Positions 28,701 through 42,078 of a stretch of DNA of 64,000 bases are shown here, piece after piece (position 1 is the first letter of the stretch; every line of letters starts with the position of its first letter). This DNA comes from Catajapyx aquilonaris (taxonomy: Eukaryota): positions 62,001 through 126,000 of the forward strand of contig JYFJ02000541.1 in NCBI GenBank assembly GCA_000934665.2, in the 5' to 3' direction. The notes under the pieces are model-generated. The model did not search any database. It was not told the origin of the DNA and saw nothing but the letters and a program-made list of their open reading frames with translations. Made by a program: the position numbers and the translations under genes.

Positions 28701-31700
28701 AATTACCATTACTGTCAGTTTTGATGCAGTTTTTTTCCCCGAGGAAGTTAAAAAATCTCATGGATTTTTTTTTTTGCGAATATGATTCTCAGCTTGTCAG
28801 ACTCTTGAGAAAATTTTGGCACTTTCTACACTTTCGGGAGAGCAGATTTTTTTTCTGATATTTAAATGCGATTAGGTGCCGATTGGTGGACCCCACCGAC
28901 AACGACACTCGTATGAACCCAGCTGACTTGCCATTTTCCCAACAGTCCTTGACAATAATAACTTTGTGGTGAAGGTCGCACACGCCGCAAATTTTCAATG
29001 ATGGTCACGTCCGGCAAGGACATAGATCAAGTCTGGCCCGTCTTAAATATGTCCGGAGCCTAAACAGATTGGTAGCCGTCGGGGCCACATCTGCGGGGCA
29101 TCCCGGGTGTTTACGGAACCCATTTGCAGAGACGAGGCTCCATAGTCGGAGACAACGACCTCCGGCCACGATTTACCCCCGGCAGGCACACCTTTTGCAC
29201 AAGAAGTGGAGGCTTAATTGTGGCAGAGGCTCACTTCCCATTTCCATGCAATTACCAACTGCAATGGGGCAGGCAGGTGAAGGCACCAGACTCACTCTCA
29301 TTATCTTGATGGGGAGAAAGATATTTTTTTTAAAGACGTCTTATAAGGCCGTTTCCGGTTTACATGAGAATTCTGAGCATTTGGCGTGCTGGGTGTTGTG
29401 GCGCCAGGTTTGAATGTTGGTAGAATTTTTGCAAAGTCTGACCAGATGGAAGTTTTATTGCGGTCGTATAGAGCGGAGATTGAAAATTGCAGAGATTTTT
29501 TTTTTGTTGGCTCCCACATTGCTTGCGTAATCTGTTTCGCAGAACAAAAGGAATGGAAGATTCGCACGTCTAGTTTGGCGGTAACAATAGGAATTCCTGA
29601 CCGGCTTACGTATAGGAGCAGCGGTTGAGGGTGATCTGAAGAGTGGAATTCCAACAGCGGGGATTTTGGGCTTGATAGTGGAGTAATTTCATTGACACTA
29701 TCTCTGTACAGTTTGTCATAATTCGCGGGGGCGGAGTGTGTACTGAGACGTCAATGCTAGAAGAGGAAGATAATTGATTTCAACTTTCTAAATTGTTTTA
29801 AGCGGTTTGAACTTTCCGTTTTAAGTATCATCCTATTTGGGAAAAATTTCGATTTCAATTGACTCGGCAATTTAATAACTTCATAACAGTTTAAAATTTC
29901 GATATAAAATAGGACACATATGCCAGTTAGCACTTACGGGAATAGTAAAAAGAGCTTAAATTAATTTCCACGTCTATTTTTTTAATTTAGAGAAAATGGA
30001 GCATTGTTGCGAGTACAGTATTCCATAAAGTGCAGATCATCGGGCAGCATGATTGTATCGGTTTGACTTGTTAAATGCATAGCCCGTTACCATCCTGCTG
30101 AAAGCCGAAGAGGTCTCTAAGTGGCAGAAATGGAGTTGGTTCGGGACAATATTAACGAGCGCGTATTGTTGATTTCCTTTAGAGAGAAGCACTCTTTGCT
30201 TACAGTTACGCGCAGGTATTGTCCAATGATGAAGACTCTGAATCGGATAAAGACCGGATGTGACGTCGAGACCGTATTTGCATGTGAAGAAATTGTAGGC
30301 GTTTTTTTTTCCCCTTTTTGAAGAAGCTTGTAACGGGAATGGCTTCTCGATCCGCCTTGTTTATATTCTAAGAAATTTTTGCCTGTTACAGGCCTTGATT
30401 CAGCACATTTTTCTCGTGATGGATATTGGATATGGTGGACAATAGCATCACCTTGTAGCCTCGATTTCACACAAAAAGACCACGAAGAGGTACAGTTGAA
30501 TGTCGGTAACGCGACCCTGATGACGGCGAGAGATTTTTGTGTCCGAAAGTAGGTTGTAAGGAAGCGCAAACTTAGCAAAAAAACTGGATGGACCTTGGTT
30601 TTTCGCAAGTGCAAAAAATTATATCAAGTTCGCCATTCCACGTGTGTGCCCCACACACTCTCATCAGTTCACATTCTCACAAAATAGTAACGGAGTGCAG
30701 GACAGGTCACCTGTCTGACAAAAAATTACAAGCTAATTACATTAGGAGACAACATTATAAAAAACATGGTCGCCCAAGCGAGCCATGGAAGTTCCGGCAA
30801 CAGGTAATTCATATTTTAAAAAACACTTGGTTCCTCAGCTAGGTCTCACACATGATTCTTAGGTTGTGAAAGAGAATGTTGAGTGGTTTGTATGCAAACT
30901 ACGCACGGTCACACAATCCTCGTTATCTCCTTTTTTTTCCAGCTTGATATGCCGAAACGAAGGCTTTCAAAGAGGCGGAAGTACTTTATTGCAGAAACGC
31001 AGGCATTGCCTTCATTAATTGCCAGCTTCAACAATCCTAGAAACGGCTTATGCATGTTTACACCCGGTATATAAGTTTGGGGTAAAACCCACCAGTAATT
31101 TAGTGAGTGACATTATCTAGCTACCGTGAATCCGGAAGATGCGGAGGAAGCATCTGTGGAAGATGCGACAGTCTCGGATTATTTATTTACATGTTTTTTT
31201 TTTGCGTTGCGGTATTTCTAGTTGGAATTATAACGGCTGTTACTTCCTGCCCAAAATCCGTGCGGAAGTTCGTTATTTTTGGGTGGGTAAAGCCGGAAGT
31301 GCAGGGGGTTTGTTAAATTGTTTTATAACTGCATACTGGTTATACCGAGCGTGCCGCTCGGTAGGCATAAATATTCGGTCTCGTTACGATTGGCACACTC
31401 GCTGTTTTCGGTGGCAGTGCACCGAATCACGAGTCGGCGACATGAAAGCGATGAAACCGGATCGCCATGGGACAACTTTATGACAAGCGTCACTTCTTCT
31501 GGGGGTTTTGTACACGCCGAAAAATGTTGGCGAAAAACTAATGATGGGGTCCGGTGTCGGCAAGCTGTCGACCATTTTCGGAAGTGACAGGGATTTTGGG
31601 AAGCCGGCTTCCTGGCGCCGGTACAACAAAGAGCGGTTTTTCATCCGGAGATTTATACGGGGGGATTAATGTCGGTTTAGAGCCTAATTTATATTAGTTT

Positions 31701-34700
31701 TATTTTGTAATAATCTGGTGGCAGGAGGCGGATGGGTATTTTTAAGCTGCAACCTGTCCAGGTAATACACATGCACTCCCCGGGGGCACTGCCACTGTCA
31801 GGGATATGCTGGTGTGTATATTGCTTTTAGATTGGTGCAAGGACCTCCCTCTAAAAAAAATTAATTTAAAAAAATATTAAGCTCATAATCTTTCCCACAG
31901 GTATTTCCCAATCTGAATATCAAAGGTGAAAAGGTCCACTCCTACCCCACACCTTTTTTATGAAGATCCTAATGAAGTTGTCCGCATATATAGCCCAAAG
32001 GCGTCTACGATACCATCACGATAATACATCCCTCTATTGTTGATCTCGAAAAGTGTCGAAAAGGATTCTGGAGTTATGTCCCAGCTTCGATGAAGGAAAT
32101 GCATCCGGTTTAAAACCCCTTCCATATCTCGTCATGCTTACCTGACCACCACTTCCCTGCTTGCTCCGTGGCAGTTACCTTCGCGTGCTACCTTCAACGT
32201 TAATGAGCCTTATTAATTAGCGCCCGTCGTTGAGAAAAGAGGAGTGACACTCGCGACGCGTGGCAGGACACTCAAACAGCAGCAGTCATAACCACGGGAA
32301 AAATAATACCGCTGGTATTTTACGTTTCAGAAAAAAAGAAAATATCACGTGGCAATTAGCGGGCGGAAATTTTCCGGGGAGAGCTTGAGGGCTCCCGGAG
32401 GAATCACGAGGATCAAATAAAGAACTGCGAAACCGTTGGTTCCCGTTGCCCTGTGGCAACCCCTCACGCAGTTTCCTAGGGTCGAAAGTTCCTCTTCTTT
32501 TCGTACAGCAAGGGGGGTTTCGCTTTCGATTTTTTACGGAAATCAGTCCGCTGTCGGATCCTAAAATGAGCGTGAAATTAGCTCACCTGACATTGATGGT
32601 GATGGGTACGTCAACGAGCATGTTGTGTAACTAGATGCTGGTAATCTGCTCAAATATCGAAAAACCTGTACGGAAATGCACGTATCATATCGAATTGTAC
32701 GTTCACAGTAGGTGCGGTGCGGCCGAGGTTTTAAAACCCTGTTATTCAGCCGGCCATTTAATTCAGCGTGCTAATTCATAGCGTTTCGCTCCACTTCCGC
32801 CTTTTTTCGGCGTGTCCTTGTACCTACCGTCCTCTAGATGTCAATGCACTCGAACCATTTAAGAAGGCGCCTATTTTTGAAATGATGACGCCACAGTCGC
32901 GGCCTCCTTCACTTGGCGACAAATGACTGTCCGGATATCTGGCCGTAAACATCATCGTTGGCAGTAGGAATCTTCCGCGTGTTGTTGGCGAGTCTGCTGC
33001 TTCTCGGCGGAAGGCGACATGGAAGACTTTGCACGCCATTTCCTTTGGGAAGGAGAGGGAAAGTTGTCTCGCACCCGAGCATGCAAATGCATTCAAGAGA
33101 AAGAGGGGTGTGAGGAGGTGGATCGGAGCTTTTGGAAGGGGTGTGCAATTTGGTTGTTGGATCATAATGCCGACGCGGAAATGCGAAGCATTTAAGGAGA
33201 TTGGAGGCGGAAGATGGTATGCACGGAATTTGCTCTAAAGATTGCCAATACAATAATAAAGTTGTTGGGTGGAGTTGCGGAAATTACGTCATCAGATCAA
33301 ACAAGTCCGGATCCTTAGATTAGATTTTATTATGATAACTAAGGGACGTAACCTGCAATTTCGTCACCTCTTCCACTTCCTTATGGACATGTGAAACGTA
33401 TTGTGATATGCAGAAGCGTATCCAGTGGGAGGCATAATTTTATTTCTATGTACATTTCTAAGGACGCCGCCATAAAAGACAAATTGAATACCCAGATTCA
33501 TAACTAGTCTTGTCAGTGATGTCCATCCCGCCTGTCGAATATGTCAAAAGCAGTTAACCTCTCTCACGCATTGCTTAAAATTCCTGCACACTTTGTCAAC
33601 AGAAAATCATGGCGGGCCTATAAAACTTCAGGTCCGTATATGGGAGAATCCCAGACTGGCATTTAGTGCTTGGCGGTCACGCGTTGAATTCGATCCGGCA
33701 ATAATATTTCTGAGACTTGCCCCGTACGGGTGGTCCCTTAAAAGGCCAATGACGATTACACACGATGCCTCCCATTTCCACAGAAAAATGGTATAGGAAA
33801 CCGGCCACCCACTCCTTATATGCTGACTTCCGTTCATATATAACCCGATATAAAGTCGTATGGGCGTACAGTGTGTGAGGACCAATAAGCCAGAAGGCGT
33901 GACGCATACCTTTAACCGAAGGGGAGGTTGGTTCATTAGGAGGCTACCGGATTTATTGTTCAGCCAGCGTGCAATCAGCTGACAGCCAAATTGGGGCTTG
34001 ACAGCTCCTGGGCGCCGCCATCTTTTTTTTTCAAGTATATTCCACAGAACATGGGGAAAAATGAGGCGTTGTAATAATTGACAAGCGTGAAGGCTGCTCT
34101 GAATTACTTGCAAAATTAGCGGATGGACTAGGAAGTTAGTACGTGTGGGCGTAATGCTTGCAGGTCAGTTCAACACAGGGGCGCGTTGAAAAGGGCAAAA
34201 GTGCCCCGAAGAAGAGCCTCTCGTGCTCAAAGTCTTGTAGCGGGCCTGTCAAGTGTGAACTCAAGGTGGGGTCTTCGTATAACTGTTGTGAGTTATAATT
34301 TGATATGCAGGTGGGGGCTTTGCAGTGCCTTATTGGATCACAGACCGGTACCAGTAGTATGCGAATGTGACACCATGCAGGCATGGGCTAAAATGGTAGG
34401 GCGTAGGCCGCAAGTGCGTTTCTCGCCCTGTCTTTTCCTGCACAGGATTGTTGGGTTTGAATCGCGTATTAGATGACTGCATCGACAGAACAGAGGATGT
34501 CATCATATAGGTACCAAGTGTCGCTTAGCCCTGGCGGCATAGACGTGATGTTAGATTGCGCGTACGGTTTGTAATTGCGGATGATCACTTTCAATGAGGT
34601 TAACAGGACTTAATCCACAGGCAGCGAAAGTTGCGGAGGCAGGCCAAGATGTGTAATTACACACGATTGCACGCTACCATTTGGTAACTACTTTTGGAAC

Positions 34701-37102
34701 CTCCGTTACTCAAACTGATTCCGGTCCTTTCTGGACGGGCTAATTCAATATTGCGCTATCACAATGCGGGCTTGTGAAGGTGATGGATGTCGCACTAGGC
34801 TTAAAAGTGAGACTGGTCAGCATTTACCTGGCCGTATAACTTAATCCGTCGTCTGTTATTACTCGCTTCTACATGAATAGCGGGCATGGCTTATGACAGG
34901 AAGACGGACTGTCTTATGTAGAAGGAATGCGACCTAGGAGGGGGGTGTAAAAGACAGAATCATTACTCTTCGGGGATAGAAAGAGATAAACGAAGAGTAT
35001 TCAATCGGATTATATGTCGTGACGAGTTTGAAAAAAAAAACCGGGTTTAAAACAAGAGCTTCCGAATGGGATTTGTGGTTACTGAGAAGCGGTTTTTCCG
35101 CCAAGGGAATGAACGCATCATCAGGTGCACGTGTGCTGCATAACTGCGGATTCGATGGGAAATGTGAGATGAGCCGAAGAGGGAGACAAATTTCCGCTAT
35201 CGATAATGTTGGGAAAAGACAAGGGATTTGTGGTTGGACACCCGGAAAGATTCACAATTACCAAAAAATGGTGTGGACAATTTTTTGGGAGAGGAAAATG
35301 TGATATATTAGTGAAGTGGTTTTTCACTTAGTGACAATTGATTCGATGAAAAAATGTATTTGTTTGTCACCGGTTCAATCAACCCTGCCATCTTGTTAGG
35401 AGGACTTTGACCTAATATGGCCGATCCGTACAACGCCTCGCAACAAATCTTTTTTCGCTGCTCGTTCATGGTAATCATCGTCGTGCTTTAACGAAATTAG
35501 GGCTGGTTTTGGTAATAAATGAGCTCGCACGGACTCCTCGCATAGGTCATCTGGAAACGGGCCATTGTTTCCATGTGTAATTCGCCAGGGCAATCTTGCC
35601 CACACTGGTGTTCACCACCCTATTCTTGCCAAGTAATGAGGTATAGCCTCTGGCTACAATCGAAGCATGGAGGGGGAAATTGTTTTATTTTCTGCCCTTC
35701 TGATGTCATTTCGACCGTTAGTCTAATTAACAAAAAAAAATGCACATATGCAAATCGGATCAGAGTGAATAACCTTTGGACATATTGGTACAAATATCTC
35801 CTTTGTGGACCACCCTGTGGATGAACTCTGGAGTGGTCAGCAGGTGGATTTCCATAGCTCACGAGTCCAATGCACCCGACACGACCCCTTCGTTATGCAA
35901 CCCATGGTCTGACAGATTCCCAGCAGGGCCCAACCAGCAACAGGTTCAGATTTGGTCGAAAGAAAAAAGAATTTTTTGGGCGAATGGGGTGGGGGTTTTT
36001 GGTGGAGGGCAGGTGACCCTCTCCGAATGCATTCTTTCTAATCAGCCCATTGTGCTGCTTCGGTCTTGGACTCTGCCGGCGTGACTTCCTGGCGTGATTT
36101 TTAAGTAAAGCACGCACGTGCTAAGGGTTTTAAAAACGTTTGCGAGACTAGATACATACAGGGTGGAACATACAAAAAAAAAATTTTTTTTCTTCGAAAG
36201 GTGCTCTCATGGGATGTGCATTGTTTTCGGCCTGCAGCGGTATGGAATTAGATTGTCTAATACAAGGGTTGCGAATTTTTGATCATTCGTTGGATTACGG
36301 CTGTGAACATTGTCTAACGAGATGCGGTGCCACGTAAAGTAAATTCGGGAGCCCTTAGCACCTTTAGGGTCTAATTGTATGTGAGAACCCAATTCTTTGC
36401 CACCCACATACGTGTGAACGTATCGGGTCCTTGTAGCCGCTCAACGAATGCAAATCCTGGTTTTAATTAAGGCCGCTAATTAGTCGCATTTTTGCCAAAA
36501 TAAATCCCGGAACCGTGTAACCCATATCGTAAAACCAATAGTAAAAATGTTACGTCGCGGGTTTTTTTTTCATCAAAAAAAGCGAAAGTGCTCGTAAAAT
36601 TGGCAAATTGACATCCGGGGGCACCTTAATAAGTACTTCCCAGCAGGTAAGATGCGAAGGGGGCGGGAACGGAAAATGATGTCATTCGAAGTGATCAAGA
36701 GGGGGTGTTTTATCCGTCTATTGTTGTTGAGCTATCAGAGTCATCAGGTCGGATTGTTTGGGAAGGTCAAAATCACGTGCCTTTGTTTCCATATAATCCG
36801 GGTGCACCTTGTAATTAGAAGTGGGAGGTTGCATTCCTGTGCTACTTTCGGACGACTAATTGTGTCGTAATTGTCCGGATTTTAAGCCGCGTCCGGGAAG
36901 TCCGCCATTTTAAATCTACTTACAGTATATATGGGAAAGTTTGCATTCATACGACTGTAAACATTTCTGAAATTTGTATGATACTTTTGAAAAAAAATAT
37001 AAACGGGCGTGACCTGCTGGGTCATCGAACCGCCTTTTGTACCCAGAACCTAACATTAGCGTCACTATGTACCTTCCGTATGTCGGCTTGTTCTGACCAT
37101 AA

Positions 37103-37246
<144 letters not shown>

Positions 37247-37674
37247 TAGGGCTTGTCTACAAGAGGTCAAATGTCAGGTCGTGTCATTGCGCGGGGTTGC
37301 TCCAATTAGCGCCCCGATTTTCATGACAATTAGTGGCGGCCACGTGTATACCGAATGGAGTATATCGCGCATATTGCGATCCCGGCGTGAGATACTGCCG
37401 GAAGATATGCAACGAAATTGTTCGGGTCAAAGGTCGGCGTTCGCAAGGAAAGCTTCTATGCTCAAGGGCGGGCAGCAAATCGACACGTTTCGTTTGCCCA
37501 GGCGAAAATTGCCTGGAAATTGGCCCCCGTAAAGTCGCAGGTGCGGACGCGTGAAATTCCTCCCAATGCTGGGGCTGGCCCACGGTTTTTGCCCTCGAGT
37601 CATCCCAAGGCTGTGTCTTTGACACCCAATTGTTGCTGTCTCCGCGGTCAGAATAATGACCGGCCCCGTTGCAG

Positions 37675-37854
37675 GTATTTCGACCAAGTTCGCCGGCTCC
37701 TGCTGCAATGACATCGCGGTCGGGGACAGCTCCTCGGTCATCTCGGGTCACCTGGACAGGAGGTTGCGGTTCTGGGATTCCAGAACAGACAGTGCCTCCC
37801 CGTTCAAGGAGCTGGAGCTTCCAGGAAAGATCACCTCATTGGACCTCTCCAAAG
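37675..37854 (+). CDS. ATG16L1: ATG16L1/Atg16 WD40 region, internal exon B
   Basis: Acceptor TTGCAG, donor AAG|GTAAAA, 180 nt, phase 1/1. Translates ISTKFAGSCCNDIAVGDSSSVISGHLDRRLRFWDSRTDSASPFKELELPGKITSLDLSK, matching ATG16L1 FAGSSCNDI...SGHFDKKIRFWD...ELLGKITALDL. Confidence 0.95.
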
Positions 37855-38013
37855 GTAAAAATCTTTTGTACTTCAAGACACTTTTTTAAATATAAAAAAA
37901 CAAGAAGTGATTTATCGAAGTCAGACAGAAGACAACAAGGTTCTTTTTGCTTAGAAAATGCCTAACGGGTCAGGGCATGTCGTGAGCTGAATTAACCCGA
38001 TTCCATTCTGCAG

Positions 38014-38098
38014 ACAATAACTACGTGCTGTGCTGCGTAAGAGACGACTCCTTGAGGATTGTGGAACTGCGGATGACGAAGGAGGTTTCTTGCTTTAG
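38014..38098 (+). CDS. ATG16L1: ATG16L1/Atg16 WD40 region, internal exon C
   Basis: Acceptor TTCTGCAG, donor AG|GTAGGT. Translates DNNYVLCCVRDDSLRIVELRMTKEVSCF(R), matching the LLSCSRDDLLKVIDLR segment. Frame is consistent with both neighbouring exons. Confidence 0.93.
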
Positions 38099-38509
38099 GT
38101 AGGTGCAGCAGAAGAACAAGGATTTTTTTTTTTTTTTTTTGTTGTTTGTACGTGGTTAACGAGCAGTCCATTATGCGTGCTTACCAAGGGTGTTTGGCCC
38201 GGTTTATAGCCACGAAGATCCGCGGGGAATTGGGTGGTTCGGTGTAAAACTTGTACACTTTTTTGCAAATTACCTTTATTGGATAAGGTGCAGATTGCAA
38301 CAGAGCAACTTTTACGATTGCCCAGTTTTTATTCGACTAATCCAAGGTAATGATTTTCTCACATCTTATGATGAGCCCTGGATTTTTTGCTGGGTTTCGC
38401 GGAAGCGGCGGGTTTTGCCAACTAACGTCACATAACTTGATGAAGTCGCTGCTCGAAACTCATCCCAACTACTGAATCGTTTGTTGAACTTGACAATTTT
38501 TTTTCGCAG

Positions 38510-38656
38510 GGCTGAGGGACTTGTGGTAAGTTGCGATTTTGCACGAGCTGCCTTCAGCCCAGACGCACAATACTGTTGTGTGGGCTCCCAAGATGGATCC
38601 CTGTTCTTCTTCAACGTGAATACTGAACAACTTGAACGAGTTTTGAAGGAGCACAC
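38510..38656 (+). CDS. ATG16L1: ATG16L1/Atg16 WD40 region, internal exon D
   Basis: Acceptor TTTTTTTTCGCAG, donor AC|GTGAGT. Translates AEGLVVSCDFARAAFSPDAQYCCVGSQDGSLFFFNVNTEQLERVLKEH(T), matching the [20 protein letters not shown]...VEKVL..H segment. Confidence 0.95.
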
Positions 38657-38669
38657 GTGAGTATAGGTC

Positions 38670-38670
<1 letters not shown>

Positions 38671-38739
<69 letters not shown>
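38671..38739 (+). repeat. (AAT)23 microsatellite in last Atg16 intron
   Basis: Direct reading of the sequence. Confidence 0.97.
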
Positions 38740-38743
<4 letters not shown>

Positions 38744-38764
38744 TTACCCCGGACATCTTTTCAG

Positions 38765-38858
38765 GTCACCTGTAGTGGCACTGGCGTGGAATCCACAGGG
38801 GACTACAGTGGTGAGCGTGGACCGGACTAAAAAGGCTATTGCCTGGGCAGACATATAA
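38765..38858 (+). CDS. ATG16L1: ATG16L1/Atg16 terminal coding exon
   Basis: Acceptor CTTTTCAG. Translates SPVVALAWNPQGTTVVSVDRTKKAIAWADI* with TAA at 38856-38858, matching the ATG16L1 C-terminus (AVAWSPSGSHVVSVDK..KAVLWA). Confidence 0.95.
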
Positions 38859-40930
38859 TATGACCAAAAATTACACAACACACTCTCTTCATATTCTTTC
38901 ATAACTGTATATACTGGTACACTGGGACGATTTATTCGGTTTATATACATTTCGTCTACGAACAATAATTGTGGTGTGAGTGGAGAAAGGTGTGAAAGTT
39001 GTCTCATGTGTGAGGAAGAAGTGGTTTTAAGCGAATGATATTGTTATACGTATAGCTGGGTACTTGGGGGATCGTTTTATTATTGCATGGATGTTGTTGG
39101 GTTATAGTGGTCACGAACGTTGTTTTTCTACGATTACTACGTGATATTTCAGAAACAGTATTGTTATTTTTTTCCCCTTTCCTTCGAGTTTTCAAGCCAA
39201 TTGTCTTTAGTCGTGTATTGTCCATCCTGCTGGAGAAGTAAAGGAAGAGTCCTACAATATGACACATGGTTATGTTGAGATTTTAGATGAAGTGACTTTA
39301 AATTATGCTGCACCATTTGTTCTGGGCTTGTTTGGTCGCCTACAGTACAAATATGCATATAAAATGCAGGTGATTGTGGAATAATAAACTTTGCCAATGT
39401 CTACTTCCATATAACTGATTCACGGCATTTCAGATCGTTCCTCCTGCTTTGTTTGGGATGTTTTCAGGTGTTGCGTTTCTTCTAGACATATTGTATAGTT
39501 ATGTGAATGGAGTGTTTTGACACCCCATAAAATTAGGTAATAGCCTGTATATATTTTTATAGCTCTTGACCTCTGTATTCATGGGCTTCGGACTTCCGAG
39601 TTTTTGCAGGTTTTAAGCTGAGGCATAATTTAAGCGGAATGTGTGGTAATAAGCCGTAGACGTATTTAAGAAATTTCGTGCAGCTGATGTTACTGCCCAA
39701 AGTGGCCAAATCCTGCATTACTGAGCTGTTATGAGGCTGCGAGATGACACCTAAAACCAACGCAATAGCTCCGATGATGAATAGCAGCTTATTCGCGAGT
39801 CAGTGTACTGTGTTGTTTTGCAATTCTGGATGTTACGTGTGCAGGGAACAGATGTCGATGACATTTAGCTTGCCCAGGGAGAGTCAGACGAGTCTGATGC
39901 AGAACGGCAATCATTGTTATTGAGTGATTGACGGCGTACAATTTAAGGGGTATTACAGCGTAACCTGTTTTCCTCTTTTATGATCAGCAGGGCATTATTT
40001 GAGGGTTTTAGAGGGTAATGGTGAGAAATGGACAGTGCAATTAGTGAAACAGCTAGATCTTGATGACATAATCGGTAGATTTCCCGTAAGTGGCAGGTTA
40101 GAGAGAAAATATTCATATCACGAAATTCCGGGTAGTATATGGCTATATTTTATTGTTTTATTGTTATAATCAGTAGGAAGAAGTCAATCTACCACCTCAG
40201 GAGTTTGAGATATAATCAAGCAGGTAAACTACTATATTGGCGTTGGTAACGCATTTGTGAATAAATTTCATAAACTTACTTGGAACATCGCCGATTGCAA
40301 TGACAACTGGAGTCCACGATGTGATGGACACCTCAGAAAACAGCATTTTTATGATTCACTCGGCATGAAAAAAGCATGTTTGCCAGCCACTCGTCCATTC
40401 CCATTTCCAGCCAAGAACCTTTGCAGGAACACGACCAGAATCCAAGACAATATCCTGTGGAACTGTTCTTGGTGACGAAATCTGGGATCAGGAGGTAACA
40501 AAAAATATCAATTCAGTGGAAGCGTAAAGTTTGACCTACCCCAAAGAAATTACCTCAGCAGGAAGGTCATGGCAGCGGTCCTTTTTTTTTTTTTTTAGAC
40601 TGGAGGCAGGCAAAGGTGATTTTCAGGCCCAAGCACCAATCACGGAGAAACACCCATGAAAGTTCTGTCCCCTGTGATGTTTCAACACGACACTACACCT
40701 GCCCGCAAAATTCGCCTCACTTGTACGGTACCGAATAGGTTAGTCATCTCCAGTTATGGTAAATATCTTAAGTATTTTTTCGTCATTTGAAAAAACAGTA
40801 CTAGCTATTTTGCAAGTATATGGACATCCAAATGGGAATGAACACATGTATTTTTATTGACATATTGATGTATGTAATGTTGTGTCCTTCTGCTCAAGTT
40901 AGCCTCTGCTATAAGTCGGCCCAGCCTAAC

Positions 40931-41007
40931 TTGCCATTGACGTCATCGTTTCGCTTACCAACTCATATGATATGAGTTGGTAAGCGAAACGATGACGTCA
41001 ATGGCAA
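40931..41007. repeat. Perfect 77-bp palindrome (38-bp arms, 1-nt spacer)
   Basis: TTGCCATTGACGTCATCGTTTCGCTTACCAACTCATAT-G-ATATGAGTTGGTAAGCGAAACGATGACGTCAATGGCAA. Confidence 0.97.
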
Positions 41008-41299
41008 CTATAAGAAACTTTTCTGACTCTTCTACAGGTTGAAATGTTTTCTTTGAGGGCAATATACCTAGGTTGTAAGCTGGGTTGTAAGTGTTAAACT
41101 GGCCACAGATGCCGTAAGCACTCGAGCCCCACAAGCCACCCAAGTAATGCTCCCTAGATGGCCGCACCTGCCACCAGCACCAGACCATCCTCCAAATTGC
41201 AGCATTACAACCCTGTACAACCAGCTGATGCCCTACCCAAGAACTCCACACAACTAATCACCCCTCGAAATGTGCTGCACCCAGCCCATATTTGCATCT

Positions 41300-41500
41300 C
41301 TGAATCGATCGATTTGAATCTGGCTCCACTGCAGCTTCCCGGTTCCGACGCAGAGATGGCAGCGCTTACCCTCTCTACGCGAGCTCATTAGAGCGCAGGG
41401 GGTTCGCCGGGTATGTTCCCCTCTAGTAGGTGCAGCCCACGGCCTCCTGATTAATGCAGTGGGTGCCTCTCTAGCTGCCTGCTGCGGACATACGTAAGTG
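41300..41500 (+). promoter_or_regulatory. Putative PTH2 promoter and non-coding first exon
   Basis: GC-rich stretch with ATCGATCGAT, a YY1-like AGATGGCAGC and a strong donor AC|GTAAGT at 41494 that could splice to the acceptor at 41619. Confidence 0.45.
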
Positions 41501-41633
41501 AGGTGAGCCACCCCCGCACAGCACAATGCGGCACAGCCCACGTTCAATTGTGCGCAGTTGCACCCTGGATTTTGCAAGCACTGGGCTGGGGACATTCATC
41601 CCCTTTGTGCTACTTGCAGACACAACGAGCAGC

Positions 41634-41774
41634 ATGGCGGACCCAGGGCCTGGTGAGCAGGGAGACCAGGAGGCCAGTCCGGAAGGAGAAAAGCAGCAGA
41701 GGTCATGGCAGCCAAATGAGGAGTTTGTCAGGGCACTGCTTGGGATGGGGGTCAGCCGGAATGCATCTGAGAGG
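41634..41774 (+). CDS. PTH2: UBA-domain peptidyl-tRNA hydrolase 2, coding exon 1
   Basis: Start context AGCATGG, with an upstream acceptor TTGCAG (41614-41619) implying a 5' UTR exon. Encodes MADPGPGEQG...WQPNEEFVRALLGMGVSRNASER, the start of a UBA-like fold. Donor AGG|GTACGG opens a 59-nt intron. Confidence 0.88.
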
Positions 41775-41833
41775 GTACGGCAGGCGTGGGTACAGGTGGA
41801 GGCGCTTACTGAGCTATGCATGATTTGTTTCAG

Positions 41834-42037
41834 GCACTGTATTATACAGGGAATCAGTCTGCGGATTTGGCTGCAGCCTGGATATTCGAGCACACTGGAG
41901 AGGAAGACATAGATGCACCGCTGAACCTGGAGGATGAGGCACAGGGGGAGGGGGAGGACTCAGATGCTGACTCCTACAAGATGGTGTTTGTGGTCAACGC
42001 TGAGCTTGGGATGGGCGTTGGGAAGATTGCTGCCCAG
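41834..42037 (+). CDS. PTH2: UBA-domain peptidyl-tRNA hydrolase 2, coding exon 2
   Basis: Acceptor TGTTTCAG, donor CAG|GTATGT. Encodes ALYYTGNQSADLAAAWIFEH (UBA helices), an acidic linker, then the PTH2 signature YKMVFVVNAELGMGVGKIAAQ. Confidence 0.93.
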
Positions 42038-42078
42038 GTATGTTGACACTGATTATGAAGGCTCGTGGACAGTCGCAG

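Noticed and set aside
29613..29636. GAG CAG CGG TTG AGG|GTGATC (EQRLR), resembling the end of the missing upstream Atg16 exon
   Set aside because: An in-frame TAG immediately precedes it, the donor is weak, and there is no SNDFASRIW-like sequence.
4400..36000. Scattered Ovo/Shavenbaby-like ACHGTTA and Grainyhead-like motifs around the cuticle gene
   Set aside because: The counts seen are about what chance predicts for 7-mers over 30 kb, with no evident clustering.
38469..38756. Poly-Leu ORF on the minus strand
   Set aside because: It is an artefact of the (AAT)n microsatellite, antisense to Atg16.
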